Assembly (NCBI GenBank): GCA_947165305.1
Contig: CAMUZW010000001.1
Coordinates: 1-54,196, forward strand
Direction of reading: 5' to 3'
From: an uncultured Bacteroidales bacterium
Lineage (GTDB): Bacteria > Bacteroidota > Bacteroidia > Bacteroidales > UBA932
Length of the DNA stretch: 54,196 nt
Shown here in pieces: positions 36,337 to 45,821 of the stretch. A program made the translations under genes and the position numbers. Numbering within the stretch: position 1 is the stretch's first letter; every line of letters begins with the position of its first letter. Below the pieces are notes generated by a model. It was given only the letters and a program-made list of their open reading frames with translations. It was not told the origin of the DNA and made no database searches.

Positions 36337-39045
36337 ATGAACAAGAGAATCATATTCATAGCGGGGCTGCTATTGTCCCTCCCGCTGGGTGCCCAGCGTG
36401 CGGATACGCTGCTTACCGTCTCGACGGCGGAGCGGGCGGATTCCGCTGCCCTGGAGAAAGCGTCGGGATTGGATCTCCGGACCCGTCTCAGCGGCCTCAT
36501 CCCCGGACTCGACATCATCGGACATCACGGGCAGGCGAGCTATTCGACCACCAATCTCGGATCGCCCCTCTTCGCGAGCGGAGCCGTGTCTTCGGCCTCC
36601 AAGGGCTTCACGGGACAGACCGTATTCGTGGACGGCGTGCCTACCCCGCTTTCGCAGTTCTGGCTGCAGCCTTCCCAGATTGAGTCGATAGAATACGTGA
36701 CGGACGTGCACGACAAGAACGGCCTGGTGCCGTTCGCCTCCCAGGGCGCGATTCACATCCATACCCGGAAGGGTGCCTACAATACACCGATGCGGATTGA
36801 CGTTTATGCCGAGTCCGGCGTCGGCATCGTGGACAAGATGCCGGAATGGTCCGACGGCGTGACGTATGCCCGTCTCAACAACCAGGCCCGCGAGGCTTCA
36901 GGCTACAGCAAGCTCTACAGCGATGCCGACATCGCCGGCTTCACGCGCCGGGACATGTACGACAAGGTGACGCCGAACGTCGACTACCGGTCGCTGATCC
37001 TCCGGGAAGTCAAGCCGGTGACCCGGTTCGGTCTGGGCGTGGACGGCGGTTCCGCCCGGGTCAAGTACAATTTTTCCCTTACCGGCCTCAATGAGGGCGA
37101 CCTCTTCAGGGTGGGCCCCGCCAGTGACAACACCCAGCTTAATCTGCTGATGAGCGTCACGACCCGGATCGGCCAGTGGATCGAGGCCGGCGCCGACTTC
37201 AAGGGCATGCTTGGCATCCGCCGCGGGAACCGTTCCACGCTGTATGCCTGGCGGAGCGTGCCTGCCGTGGCATTTCCGATCGCACTCGGCCTGAGCCGGG
37301 GCGACAGCGGGCTCGATGACGACGCGTTCGGTACAGCCATCTATACGGTGTCCCGCACCTTCCCCGATAACCCGTATGCCGAGACCGTCGACGGCGGTTT
37401 CTATACCGGAAAGTCCCGCAGCGGCATGTTCAGGGCCCATCTGGATGTCGATTTCGGATTCTTCCTGAAAGGGCTGAAGAGCGTGACCGCCGTCAATTTC
37501 GGCTCGTTCTACTACACCTCCATCGGCAAGGACAACGATTACCTGGCCTACTTCTGGGATTCGTCGAACTACCTGGTGGACCTTTCCTCCCACGTGGGCG
37601 TGAAGGCTCCTACCAAGCAGACCTTCTCGACGACGACGGTCCAGTCGCTCATTGTGACCGAGGACCTGGCGTATGACCGGACTTTCGGCGGACATCATGT
37701 CTCGGCCGGCCTGTCGTGGTATCTCTCCGACGGCGCCCGGTCCGGCAACGATTTCAACGAGCGCCTGGTGTCGGCCCGTGCCGATGCATCCTGGTCCTGG
37801 AAGAACCGCTATGCGGCCTCCTTCTCGGTCCAGGCGGCGGGGGCGCCCAAGTTTGCGCCGCTCCGCCGGTGGGGCGTCTTCCCGAGCGGAGCCGTCACCT
37901 GGAATATCGCCGCCGAGCCGTTCATGAAAAACGCTCCGGCCGTCCGGGAACTGAAACTCTATGCGCAGGCGGGCCAGATCGGTGCTTCGGACCTCTTCTC
38001 ATCCAACTACCGCTACCAGGCGAGCTATGATCTGAGCGAGACGGCCACCTACGGCCCGGCTACCGCATACCAGTGGTTCGGCGTCGACAAGCAGACCGTC
38101 AAGTATACGACGATCGCCCGGTTTGCCAATCCCGAACTTACCTGGCCGAAGTACACGGAAGTGGATCTCGGCGTCAGGGCCGGTCTCGCCTTCGGACTCT
38201 CGGCCGGGGCTAAGTTCTTCCTGATAGACCAGACCGGCCTGCTGGCCAACACGATGAGCGAATACAGCCTCGTCTATGGCTGGGACGGCACGGCCCTCTA
38301 TGAGAATTTCGAGGCGATCCGGACGCTCGGTGCTGAATTCTACCTCCGTTACGCCCGCACCTGGGGGGACTTCTCGTTCAATGCGGGCCTCGGCGCGACG
38401 ACCTGGAAACGGACCGACACCCGCGTCGTGAACGACAACTGGATGTACGACTGGCAGAAACTCACGGGCGCCGATGCGGACGCCATCCGTGGCTATGTCT
38501 GTACCGGGAAAGACGGGAACGGCGACCTGGTGTACCAGGATCTTAACGAGGACGGTGTCATCAACGACAACGACAAGCGGATCATCGGCAACTCCTGCCC
38601 GCGGCTCCGTTATACCGTAGACCTGAACCTGGGCTGGAAGGGCCTGGAACTGTATGTCGCCGGCATCGGAAGGGCGTTTTATGACCAGTCGCTCACGAGC
38701 GGCTACTTCTGGAACGGCTGGGGCGACAGCAACTATTCCGCTTTCGTCGCCGACAATCTCGGCGGTGCCTATCCGCGCCTGGCCTATGACAAGTCGCAGA
38801 CCAATTTCCTGCTGTCGGACTTCTGGCTCCGGAAAGGCGGGTTCTTCAAGCTGCGGACGGTTTCCCTGTCCTATACCCTTCACCCGAAGGTGTCGTGGCT
38901 GCAGGGTGTCCGGTTCTCGCTGACGGCCGGCGATCTCCTGACCATCACCTCCGTCCCGTATGTGGATCCTGAGGATATCGCTGCGGGCGTCAGCAATTAT
39001 CCTTTCTTCCGGACCGTCGTGGCCGGGGTTAAATTCTCGTTCTGA
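36337..39045 (+). CDS. susC: SusC-like TonB-dependent transporter 2, shortened and divergent N-terminus
   Basis: RWGVFPS, NPELTW, GDLVYQDLNEDGVI, YPRL, FWL.KGGFFKLR, C-terminal F. Start reassigned to MNKRI. Confidence 0.88.
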   Translation: MNKRIIFIAGLLLSLPLGAQRADTLLTVSTAERADSAALEKASGLDLRTRLSGLIPGLDIIGHHGQASYSTTNLGSPLFASGAVSSASKGFTGQTVFVDGVPTPLSQFWLQPSQIESIEYVTDVHDKNGLVPFASQGAIHIHTRKGAYNTPMRIDVYAESGVGIVDKMPEWSDGVTYARLNNQAREASGYSKLYSDADIAGFTRRDMYDKVTPNVDYRSLILREVKPVTRFGLGVDGGSARVKYNFSLTGLNEGDLFRVGPASDNTQLNLLMSVTTRIGQWIEAGADFKGMLGIRRGNRSTLYAWRSVPAVAFPIALGLSRGDSGLDDDAFGTAIYTVSRTFPDNPYAETVDGGFYTGKSRSGMFRAHLDVDFGFFLKGLKSVTAVNFGSFYYTSIGKDNDYLAYFWDSSNYLVDLSSHVGVKAPTKQTFSTTTVQSLIVTEDLAYDRTFGGHHVSAGLSWYLSDGARSGNDFNERLVSARADASWSWKNRYAASFSVQAAGAPKFAPLRRWGVFPSGAVTWNIAAEPFMKNAPAVRELKLYAQAGQIGASDLFSSNYRYQASYDLSETATYGPATAYQWFGVDKQTVKYTTIARFANPELTWPKYTEVDLGVRAGLAFGLSAGAKFFLIDQTGLLANTMSEYSLVYGWDGTALYENFEAIRTLGAEFYLRYARTWGDFSFNAGLGATTWKRTDTRVVNDNWMYDWQKLTGADADAIRGYVCTGKDGNGDLVYQDLNEDGVINDNDKRIIGNSCPRLRYTVDLNLGWKGLELYVAGIGRAFYDQSLTSGYFWNGWGDSNYSAFVADNLGGAYPRLAYDKSQTNFLLSDFWLRKGGFFKLRTVSLSYTLHPKVSWLQGVRFSLTAGDLLTITSVPYVDPEDIAAGVSNYPFFRTVVAGVKFSF

Positions 39046-39050
39046 TGCGT

Positions 39051-40844
39051 ATGAAAAAACATATCATTCTTCTGCTGCCGGCCTTCCTGGTCCTGGCGGC
39101 ATGCGCAAAATTCCTGGAGCCGCTTCCCAATGGCAGCTACAACGAAGAGAATTTTGAGGACTATCCGTCTCTGGTGCGCGGATATGTTGAGAAGGCGTAT
39201 TCCCTCCGTCCGACGACGTACATCGCGATGGGTTATCTCGGAGCGGACGGCCTGGCGGACAATATGACATGGCGCAGCAGGACCTCGGAAGGGTATAAGA
39301 TGGCGACCGGCGTCTGCCTTCCTTCGGAGAATCCTTTCACGGCCTCCTACCGGCGCGACTACATGGGTATTTACTATTGCAACCTCTTCCTTCATGACGA
39401 CCTCGGGCTCACGACCCGCTATATGGTGGACGAGACGGCCAACCGCAATCTCCAGCGGGCTCTCCAGGGGGACGCCTATGCACTCCGCGCCTGGTACCTG
39501 TACGACCTGCTGAAGTGGTTCGGCGGCCGTGGCGCCTCCTCGGGCGCCCTGCTGGGCGTCCCGCTGCTGACGGAGCCCGTCGATCCGGCTTCGGCCGATA
39601 TGCGCAGCATCGAGCGTGCCCCGTTCGAGGACTGCATCGCCCAGGTGGTCGCGGACTGCGACTCGGCCATCAAGTACCTGCCGCTCGGTAACCGCGACTT
39701 CCTCAAGGAAGAAGAGATGATCCCGGTGCTCGGTGCGGTGCGCTACCGCCGGATGGACGGCGCTTCCGCGATGGCCCTCAAGGCGACGGCCCTGCTGACT
39801 TGGGCTTCTCCCGCCTACAACACGACAGGCGACATCAGCCGCTGGGACAAGGCGGCACTTGCCGCCAAGGATGCCATTGACTACAAACTGGATGTCGAGG
39901 GTGCCGTGAACGACGGGTTCGATCCGACCAAATCGTTCATGTGGCTGAATCCCAATGCCCAGGAGGCTTATTATATTTCGCAGATTTCGTCCAACTCAAC
40001 CTATGAGACGGCGTTCTACCCGCAGGGGTTCAACGGGAACGGAAACTACGGGCCTACACAGGAACTGGTCGATGCGTTCCCGATGGCGAATGGCTATCCG
40101 ATCGACCGGGCCGAATCCGGCTACGATCCCGCCAACCCGTATGCGGGCCGTGATCCTCGTTTCTATGAAGACATCTTCTACGACGGGGCCCGGGTGGTCC
40201 GCAACACCAACGCTTCGGATATCATGTACACCTTCGATACCTCCGAAGGAGGCGCGGACGCTCCTGGTTTGGTAAATACTTCTCCGACAGGATATTATAT
40301 CCGGAAGTTCGTCTATATGGGCTGGAACAAGGCCGACAATTCCGTCGAGACGGCGCAGCACTGCATCTTCTTCTTCCGCTGGACGCACATGCTGCTGGCC
40401 TTTGCGGAAGCGGCCAACAACGTGGTCGGTCCGCTCGACAGCGAGACGTACGGCATGTCGGCGAAGGATGCGCTCGCCTATATCCGGCGGCGTCCGACCG
40501 AGAACGGCGTTCCGGGCGTCGGCGCGTCCGGAGACCCGTATCTGGATGAGTGTGCTGCGCAGGGATTCGCCGCCTTTAACGAACTGGTGAAGAACGAGTG
40601 GCGGCTCGAGACCTGCTTCGAGGGGCACCGCTTCCACAATGTGCGGCGCTGGGCGACCGATGTGTCGGAGATCAATATCCCTATCCACCGGATCCGGATC
40701 GAGCGGGATGGAGACAACCGGACCTATGCGGTCGAAGAACTGGAGAACCGCCGGTATCCGTCCCTCTGGATGCCGCTCCCTTACACCGAAATGCGGAAGG
40801 CGCCCCTGCTTGAGCAGAACGAAGGCTGGGAAACATGGAAATAA
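39051..40844 (+). CDS. susD: SusD/RagB-like lipoprotein 2
   Basis: CAKFLE, GDAYALRAW, PTQELVDAFPMANG, RDPRF, EWRLETCFEGHRFHNVRRW, QNEGW. Start 39045 or 39051. Confidence 0.92.
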   Translation: MKKHIILLLPAFLVLAACAKFLEPLPNGSYNEENFEDYPSLVRGYVEKAYSLRPTTYIAMGYLGADGLADNMTWRSRTSEGYKMATGVCLPSENPFTASYRRDYMGIYYCNLFLHDDLGLTTRYMVDETANRNLQRALQGDAYALRAWYLYDLLKWFGGRGASSGALLGVPLLTEPVDPASADMRSIERAPFEDCIAQVVADCDSAIKYLPLGNRDFLKEEEMIPVLGAVRYRRMDGASAMALKATALLTWASPAYNTTGDISRWDKAALAAKDAIDYKLDVEGAVNDGFDPTKSFMWLNPNAQEAYYISQISSNSTYETAFYPQGFNGNGNYGPTQELVDAFPMANGYPIDRAESGYDPANPYAGRDPRFYEDIFYDGARVVRNTNASDIMYTFDTSEGGADAPGLVNTSPTGYYIRKFVYMGWNKADNSVETAQHCIFFFRWTHMLLAFAEAANNVVGPLDSETYGMSAKDALAYIRRRPTENGVPGVGASGDPYLDECAAQGFAAFNELVKNEWRLETCFEGHRFHNVRRWATDVSEINIPIHRIRIERDGDNRTYAVEELENRRYPSLWMPLPYTEMRKAPLLEQNEGWETWK

Positions 40845-40849
40845 CGGTT

Positions 40850-41806
40850 ATGAAAAAGATTTGTATACTGCTTGTCGTAGCGCTCGCCCTGACTGGCTGC
40901 TACGAAGACTATGTCCGGGAATACGACCATGACGGCGTTTTCTTCGCGTATCAGTATGATCTCCGGACCTTTGTCATCGGAGAAGACGCCGCGTTCGACG
41001 TGACGGTCGCGCTCGGCGGCGTGATGAAGAACGGACGCGACCGGGCGGTGAAGCTGGCCATCGACAATACGCTGGTGAACGGTGACGCCTATCGGGGAAT
41101 GATGGGGACGTCGCAGATTTCGGGCGATTATGTCGGCGCCGCTTTCCGCAGCGCAGGTGTCACCTCGGTCGAACCGCTGCCCGCCTCGGATTTTACCGTG
41201 ACCGGACTGGACGGACTCAAGATTCCGGCCGGCCGCCATACGGGGACCGTCACCATTCACGCCACGGATGATCTCATCTCCGACCTGAATGCGTACAAGC
41301 CGGGCTATGCCCTCGGAGTGAAGATCCTTTCCGCCGATGCGGACGAAGTAGTGGAAGGAATGGACTTTTCGGTCATCGCCGTCCGCTGCGAGAACCGCTT
41401 TTTCGGCAACTGGACCCACCACGGGACGATCACGACGTTTGACGAATCCGGCAAGGAGGTCCAGAAGGTCCGCGAAGTAGGATCCCTGGCGGACGACAGT
41501 GTCTATGCCCTGCAGACCGTGGATGCCAACACCCTTACCTGCGGCAAGATGACGGGGATGGTCGGCGGCATGCGCCTGGCCTTCACCGGCGACGACATCG
41601 CCGTGTCCTCCGCCAACGGGGCGGTTACGGGGACCGGCCGTTTCAACGGGGCCAAACTTCTCCAGGAGCGGGAATTGTTCCTGGAGTATGACCTCCCGGC
41701 CTCCGGCGGCGGCCGTAAGAACGTCCGTGATACGCTTTGCTTCCGCAACCGCATCCGCGACGGCGTCAACGAGTGGCAGGACGAGAACAAAGAACATTAC
41801 AAATGA
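40850..41806 (+). CDS. PUL-associated lipoprotein (DUF1735/BT_3987-like)
   Basis: Lipobox LTGC, VFFAYQY.LRT, LP.SDFT...IPAG..TG.V, YALGVKI. Lies directly after susD. Confidence 0.65.
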   Translation: MKKICILLVVALALTGCYEDYVREYDHDGVFFAYQYDLRTFVIGEDAAFDVTVALGGVMKNGRDRAVKLAIDNTLVNGDAYRGMMGTSQISGDYVGAAFRSAGVTSVEPLPASDFTVTGLDGLKIPAGRHTGTVTIHATDDLISDLNAYKPGYALGVKILSADADEVVEGMDFSVIAVRCENRFFGNWTHHGTITTFDESGKEVQKVREVGSLADDSVYALQTVDANTLTCGKMTGMVGGMRLAFTGDDIAVSSANGAVTGTGRFNGAKLLQERELFLEYDLPASGGGRKNVRDTLCFRNRIRDGVNEWQDENKEHYK

Positions 41807-43221
41807 GAAAGGCATTTTTGAGCATCCTCGGCCTGCTGACAGCCTGGGGTGCTTTCTCGCAGGACGTACTGGACAATACCCGGGTGGACGGCTATCGCTC
41901 CATCTGGTTTGAACTCGGCCATCCGACGGAGTACGGCGTCAAGTATTCCGGCGGATTCGCCACGTATACGGCCAAGCATTCCCCGCTGGCGATTTATGCG
42001 CCGGCCGTGGACAAGACCTTCTTTGTCTATGGCGGTACGACCGCGGAAGAGGAAACGCATCTCCTGTGCATGGCCGGGTGCTTCGATCATAAGACAGGCA
42101 TGGTCTGCAAGCCGACGGTCGTCTATGACAAGAGGGGCGTGAAGGATCCGCACGACAATCCGGCCATCCTTCTGGACGGGGACGGATATGTGTGGGTCTA
42201 TGTGTCGGGGCGCAGCAATAAACGCCTGGGACGGCGCTATCGCAGCACGGAGCCCTACAGCATCGATGCGTTCGAGTTCATGGGCGAATCCGTCATGGCG
42301 TATCCGCAGCCGCGTTACGTGCCCGGGAAGGGCCACTTCCTGTTCTTTACCCGGTATGACGGCGTGCGCCAGCTTTTCTACCAGACCAGCCCGGACGGCG
42401 TGAACTGGACGGATTACCGCCAGATCGCCTCCATCAAGATGCCCGGCGACAAGAATTCGGGTCATTACCAGATTATCGGACAACGCTCTGACGGTCTGCT
42501 GGCGTCGGCCTTCAACCGCCATCTGAACGGAAACGTCGACACCCGCACCAACATCTACTACATCCAGACGGCCGATTTCGGCAAGACCTGGACGCTCGCC
42601 GACGGGACGCCCGTTACGCTTCCCATCACCAAGCGGAGCGATCCGTCGCTCATCCTGGACGCCGAATCGGAGGGGCTGAACGTCTACATCAAGGACGTCA
42701 ATTTCGACGCCCAGGGCCGTCCTGTCATCCTCTACGTGACGGGACGGGGATTCAATCCCGGGCCGAAGGAAGGCTTCCGCGAATGGCACGTAGCGCACTG
42801 GAACGGCAAGAAGTGGGAATTCCACTTCATCACGAAGTCCACCCATAACTACGATACGGGGTCAATCTGGACGGAAGGGGAATGCTGGCGGGTCATCGCC
42901 CCTACGGAGGACGGCGCATTCCGCTGGTACGCCGGGGGAGAGATCGCATCCTGGGTGTCGAAAGACAACGGAAAGCACTGGAAGAAAGAGCGGATGTACA
43001 CGGAGAACAGCCCCCGCAACCACGGCTATGTGCGCCGGGTCAAGGACGGCCGCGATCCGTTTATCTGCCTGTGGTCAGACAGCGTGCCCAACAAGCTTTC
43101 GGTCTGCAAGATGTATTTTGCGGATTCGAAGGGCAACGTCTGGGAACTTCCTTATGAGATGAAGGAAGATTGGGAAAAGCCCGAATTATTGACTATCTTT
43201 GCGGGCTCTACGGAAAAGTAA
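41803..43221 (+). CDS. BNR-4-like beta-propeller protein (Sec signal), paralogue of 23270..25267
   Basis: Shared blocks [68 protein letters not shown]. Start reassigned to MRKAF. Confidence 0.8.
   Translation: MRKAFLSILGLLTAWGAFSQDVLDNTRVDGYRSIWFELGHPTEYGVKYSGGFATYTAKHSPLAIYAPAVDKTFFVYGGTTAEEETHLLCMAGCFDHKTGMVCKPTVVYDKRGVKDPHDNPAILLDGDGYVWVYVSGRSNKRLGRRYRSTEPYSIDAFEFMGESVMAYPQPRYVPGKGHFLFFTRYDGVRQLFYQTSPDGVNWTDYRQIASIKMPGDKNSGHYQIIGQRSDGLLASAFNRHLNGNVDTRTNIYYIQTADFGKTWTLADGTPVTLPITKRSDPSLILDAESEGLNVYIKDVNFDAQGRPVILYVTGRGFNPGPKEGFREWHVAHWNGKKWEFHFITKSTHNYDTGSIWTEGECWRVIAPTEDGAFRWYAGGEIASWVSKDNGKHWKKERMYTENSPRNHGYVRRVKDGRDPFICLWSDSVPNKLSVCKMYFADSKGNVWELPYEMKEDWEKPELLTIFAGSTEK
43194..43201 (+). 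promoter_or_regulatory. -7 element for aspS embedded in the 3' end of the upstream gene
   Basis: TATCTTTG followed by C, 28 nt before ATG 43230. Confidence 0.55.
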
Positions 43222-43229
43222 AAAACAGT

Positions 43230-44993
43230 ATGTACAGGACAAAGACTTGCGGAGAACTCCGCATTGAGAACAAAGGAGAGAAAGTAACCCTGGCCGGATG
43301 GGTCCAGAAAGCCCGTAAATTAGGCGGAATGACATTCATTGACCTACGTGACCGTTACGGCATCACGCAGCTTGTCGTCGAGGCGGACGCCCCTGCGTCG
43401 CTGGTGGAGACGGCGACTTCCCTGGGACGCGAATTCGTCATCCAGGCGAAGGGAGAGGTCGTCGAGCGGCAGAGCAAGAATGCCAAAATGCCTACCGGTG
43501 ATATCGAGATCAGGCTGAGTGAAATTATTATCCTCAACAAGGCGGCCATTCCGCCCTTCACGATCGAGGACGAGACCGACGGCGGCGAGGATATCCGCGC
43601 CAAATACCGTTATCTGGACCTTCGGAGAAATCCCCTCCGCAAGGCGCTGGAACTGCGGCACCGCATCGCGCATGAGGTCCGCAACTATCTCGACAGCAAA
43701 GGATTCCTGGAGATCGAGACCCCGTATCTCATCAAATCCACCCCGGAAGGCGCCCGTGACTTCGTCGTGCCTTCCCGGATGAATCCCGGGCAGTTCTACG
43801 CCCTCCCTCAGAGTCCCCAGACCTTCAAGCAGCTCCTGATGGTGGCCGGCTATGACCGCTACTTCCAGATTGTCCGCTGCTTCCGCGATGAGGACCTCCG
43901 GGCCGACCGCCAGCCGGAATTCACCCAGATCGACTGCGAGATGAGCTTCGTCGAGCAGGAAGATGTGCTGGATATGTTCGAGGGCATGATGCGGACGCTG
44001 TTCAAGAATGTCCTGGACGTGGAGATCGCTAATCCGATTCCCCGGATGAGCTGGTACGACGCCATGGACCGCTACGGGTCCGACAAGCCCGACATCCGTT
44101 TCGGGATGACCATCCATGAGATCACCGGCCTTGTACAGGGCCACGGATTCGGCGTCTTCGACAGCGTGCCCTACGTGGGCGCCATCGCCGTCGAGGGCAT
44201 GGCCGGAGCCTCCCGCAAGGAGACCGATGCCCTGACGGAATGGGTCAAGCGTCCGCAGGTCGGCGCCAAGGGCCTGGTTTACATCAAGGTCAATGAAGAC
44301 GGCTCGTTCAAGTCCTCCGTCGACAAATTCTATACGCCGGAAGACCTGAAGGCCATCGCCGGGGCCGTTGAGGCCAAGGCCGGCGACCTGATCCTTGTCC
44401 TCTGCGGCGAGAAGCGCCGGACGCAGACGCAGCTCGGCGTCCTCCGCCTCGAGATGGCAGGCCGGAAAGGCCTCCGTGACCCCAAGGTCTTCGCCCCGCT
44501 CTGGATCGTCGACTTCCCGCTCCTGGAATGGGACGACGAAACGCAGCGTTTCTATGCGATGCACCATCCGTTCACGGCGCCCAAGCCGGAGCACGAGGCC
44601 TGGTTCTACAGCGACAAGAAGGAAGACCTGGAGCGCGTCTGCGCCAATGCCTATGATTTCGTCCTCAACGGCAACGAACTCGGCGGCGGCTCGATCCGGA
44701 TCCACAACGCCGACATGCAGAAGCGGATGTTCGAGGTGCTCGGCATCGGCCCCGAAGAGGCCGAATACAAGTTCGGATTCATCATCAACGCTTTCCGTTA
44801 CGGCGCTCCGCCCCACGGCGGCCTGGCCTTCGGATTCGACCGCACGGTCGCCCTGTTCGGCGGCAGCGAGACCATCCGCGACTACATCGCCTTCCCGAAG
44901 AACAACCAGGGCCGCGACGTCATGATCGACTCGCCTTCGCAGATCGACCAGACGCAGCTCGACGAACTCCAGATCAGCCTGGCCCTCAAATAG
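43230..44993 (+). CDS. aspS: Aspartate--tRNA ligase
   Basis: [63 protein letters not shown]. Confidence 0.98.
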   Translation: MYRTKTCGELRIENKGEKVTLAGWVQKARKLGGMTFIDLRDRYGITQLVVEADAPASLVETATSLGREFVIQAKGEVVERQSKNAKMPTGDIEIRLSEIIILNKAAIPPFTIEDETDGGEDIRAKYRYLDLRRNPLRKALELRHRIAHEVRNYLDSKGFLEIETPYLIKSTPEGARDFVVPSRMNPGQFYALPQSPQTFKQLLMVAGYDRYFQIVRCFRDEDLRADRQPEFTQIDCEMSFVEQEDVLDMFEGMMRTLFKNVLDVEIANPIPRMSWYDAMDRYGSDKPDIRFGMTIHEITGLVQGHGFGVFDSVPYVGAIAVEGMAGASRKETDALTEWVKRPQVGAKGLVYIKVNEDGSFKSSVDKFYTPEDLKAIAGAVEAKAGDLILVLCGEKRRTQTQLGVLRLEMAGRKGLRDPKVFAPLWIVDFPLLEWDDETQRFYAMHHPFTAPKPEHEAWFYSDKKEDLERVCANAYDFVLNGNELGGGSIRIHNADMQKRMFEVLGIGPEEAEYKFGFIINAFRYGAPPHGGLAFGFDRTVALFGGSETIRDYIAFPKNNQGRDVMIDSPSQIDQTQLDELQISLALK

Positions 44994-44996
44994 CGC

Positions 44997-45821
44997 ATGA
45001 CGGCGGTTCTCGGCATATTCTCCTTCCTGAAGCTCGGCATCGTGGACGTGCTGGACATCGTGATGGTCGCGGTGATCATCTTCCTGGTGTTCCGGTGGAT
45101 CCGCGGATCGTCGGCGATGAATATTTTCATGGCGCTGATCCTCTTCCTGGTTATCCAGGTGGTGGTGACCGCGCTCGGGATGAAGATGATGTCGGCCATC
45201 ATGAACACCCTCCTCGACGTCGGTGTGCTGGCGCTGCTGATCATCTTCCAGCCGGAGATCCGGCACGGGCTCAACCGCCTCGGCAGCAATTCGGCGATTT
45301 ACCGGAAGGGGGCGGCCCTCGTCAACCGCGTGCTCGGCGTCAAGGCGTCCAAGATGGACACATCCGCCGTCAACGAGATTACCGAGGCCTGCCGGATGAT
45401 GTCGCGGGACATGACCGGCGCGCTGATCGTCATCTCGCACAGCAACTCGCTCGAGTACATCATCGAGACGGGCGATAAGATCGACGCGGCCGTTTCACGG
45501 CGGCTGATCCGCAATCTTTTCTTCAAGAATTCTCCGCTCCACGACGGTGCGATCATCATCAGCGGCAACCGCATTGTGGCGGCCCGCTGCACCCTTCCCA
45601 TTACCCAGCGGGCCGATGTCCCCGCCAATCTCGGCATGCGGCACAAGGCGGCGATCGGAATCTCGGAAGAGACCGACGCCGACGTCATCGTCGTGTCGGA
45701 ACAGAGCGGCAAGATCTCGTTCGTCCGCCGGGGCGTGCTGACGACGATCGGCAACCTCAATGAGCTCAAACTGATGCTGGGTTCTTCGGATGCGGAAAAG
45801 GAACAGGGAGGTACGGCGTAG
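44997..45821 (+). CDS. dacA: Diadenylate cyclase CdaA/DacA family
   Basis: Three N-terminal TM helices, IIFQPEIR, TGALI, PLHDGA, LGMRHKAA.G.SE, VSE.SG.IS. Confidence 0.9.
   Translation: MTAVLGIFSFLKLGIVDVLDIVMVAVIIFLVFRWIRGSSAMNIFMALILFLVIQVVVTALGMKMMSAIMNTLLDVGVLALLIIFQPEIRHGLNRLGSNSAIYRKGAALVNRVLGVKASKMDTSAVNEITEACRMMSRDMTGALIVISHSNSLEYIIETGDKIDAAVSRRLIRNLFFKNSPLHDGAIIISGNRIVAARCTLPITQRADVPANLGMRHKAAIGISEETDADVIVVSEQSGKISFVRRGVLTTIGNLNELKLMLGSSDAEKEQGGTA

Noticed and set aside
45630-45655. RHK instead of RHR in the diadenylate cyclase motif
   Set aside because: Conservative substitution with DGA intact; not enough to claim altered function.
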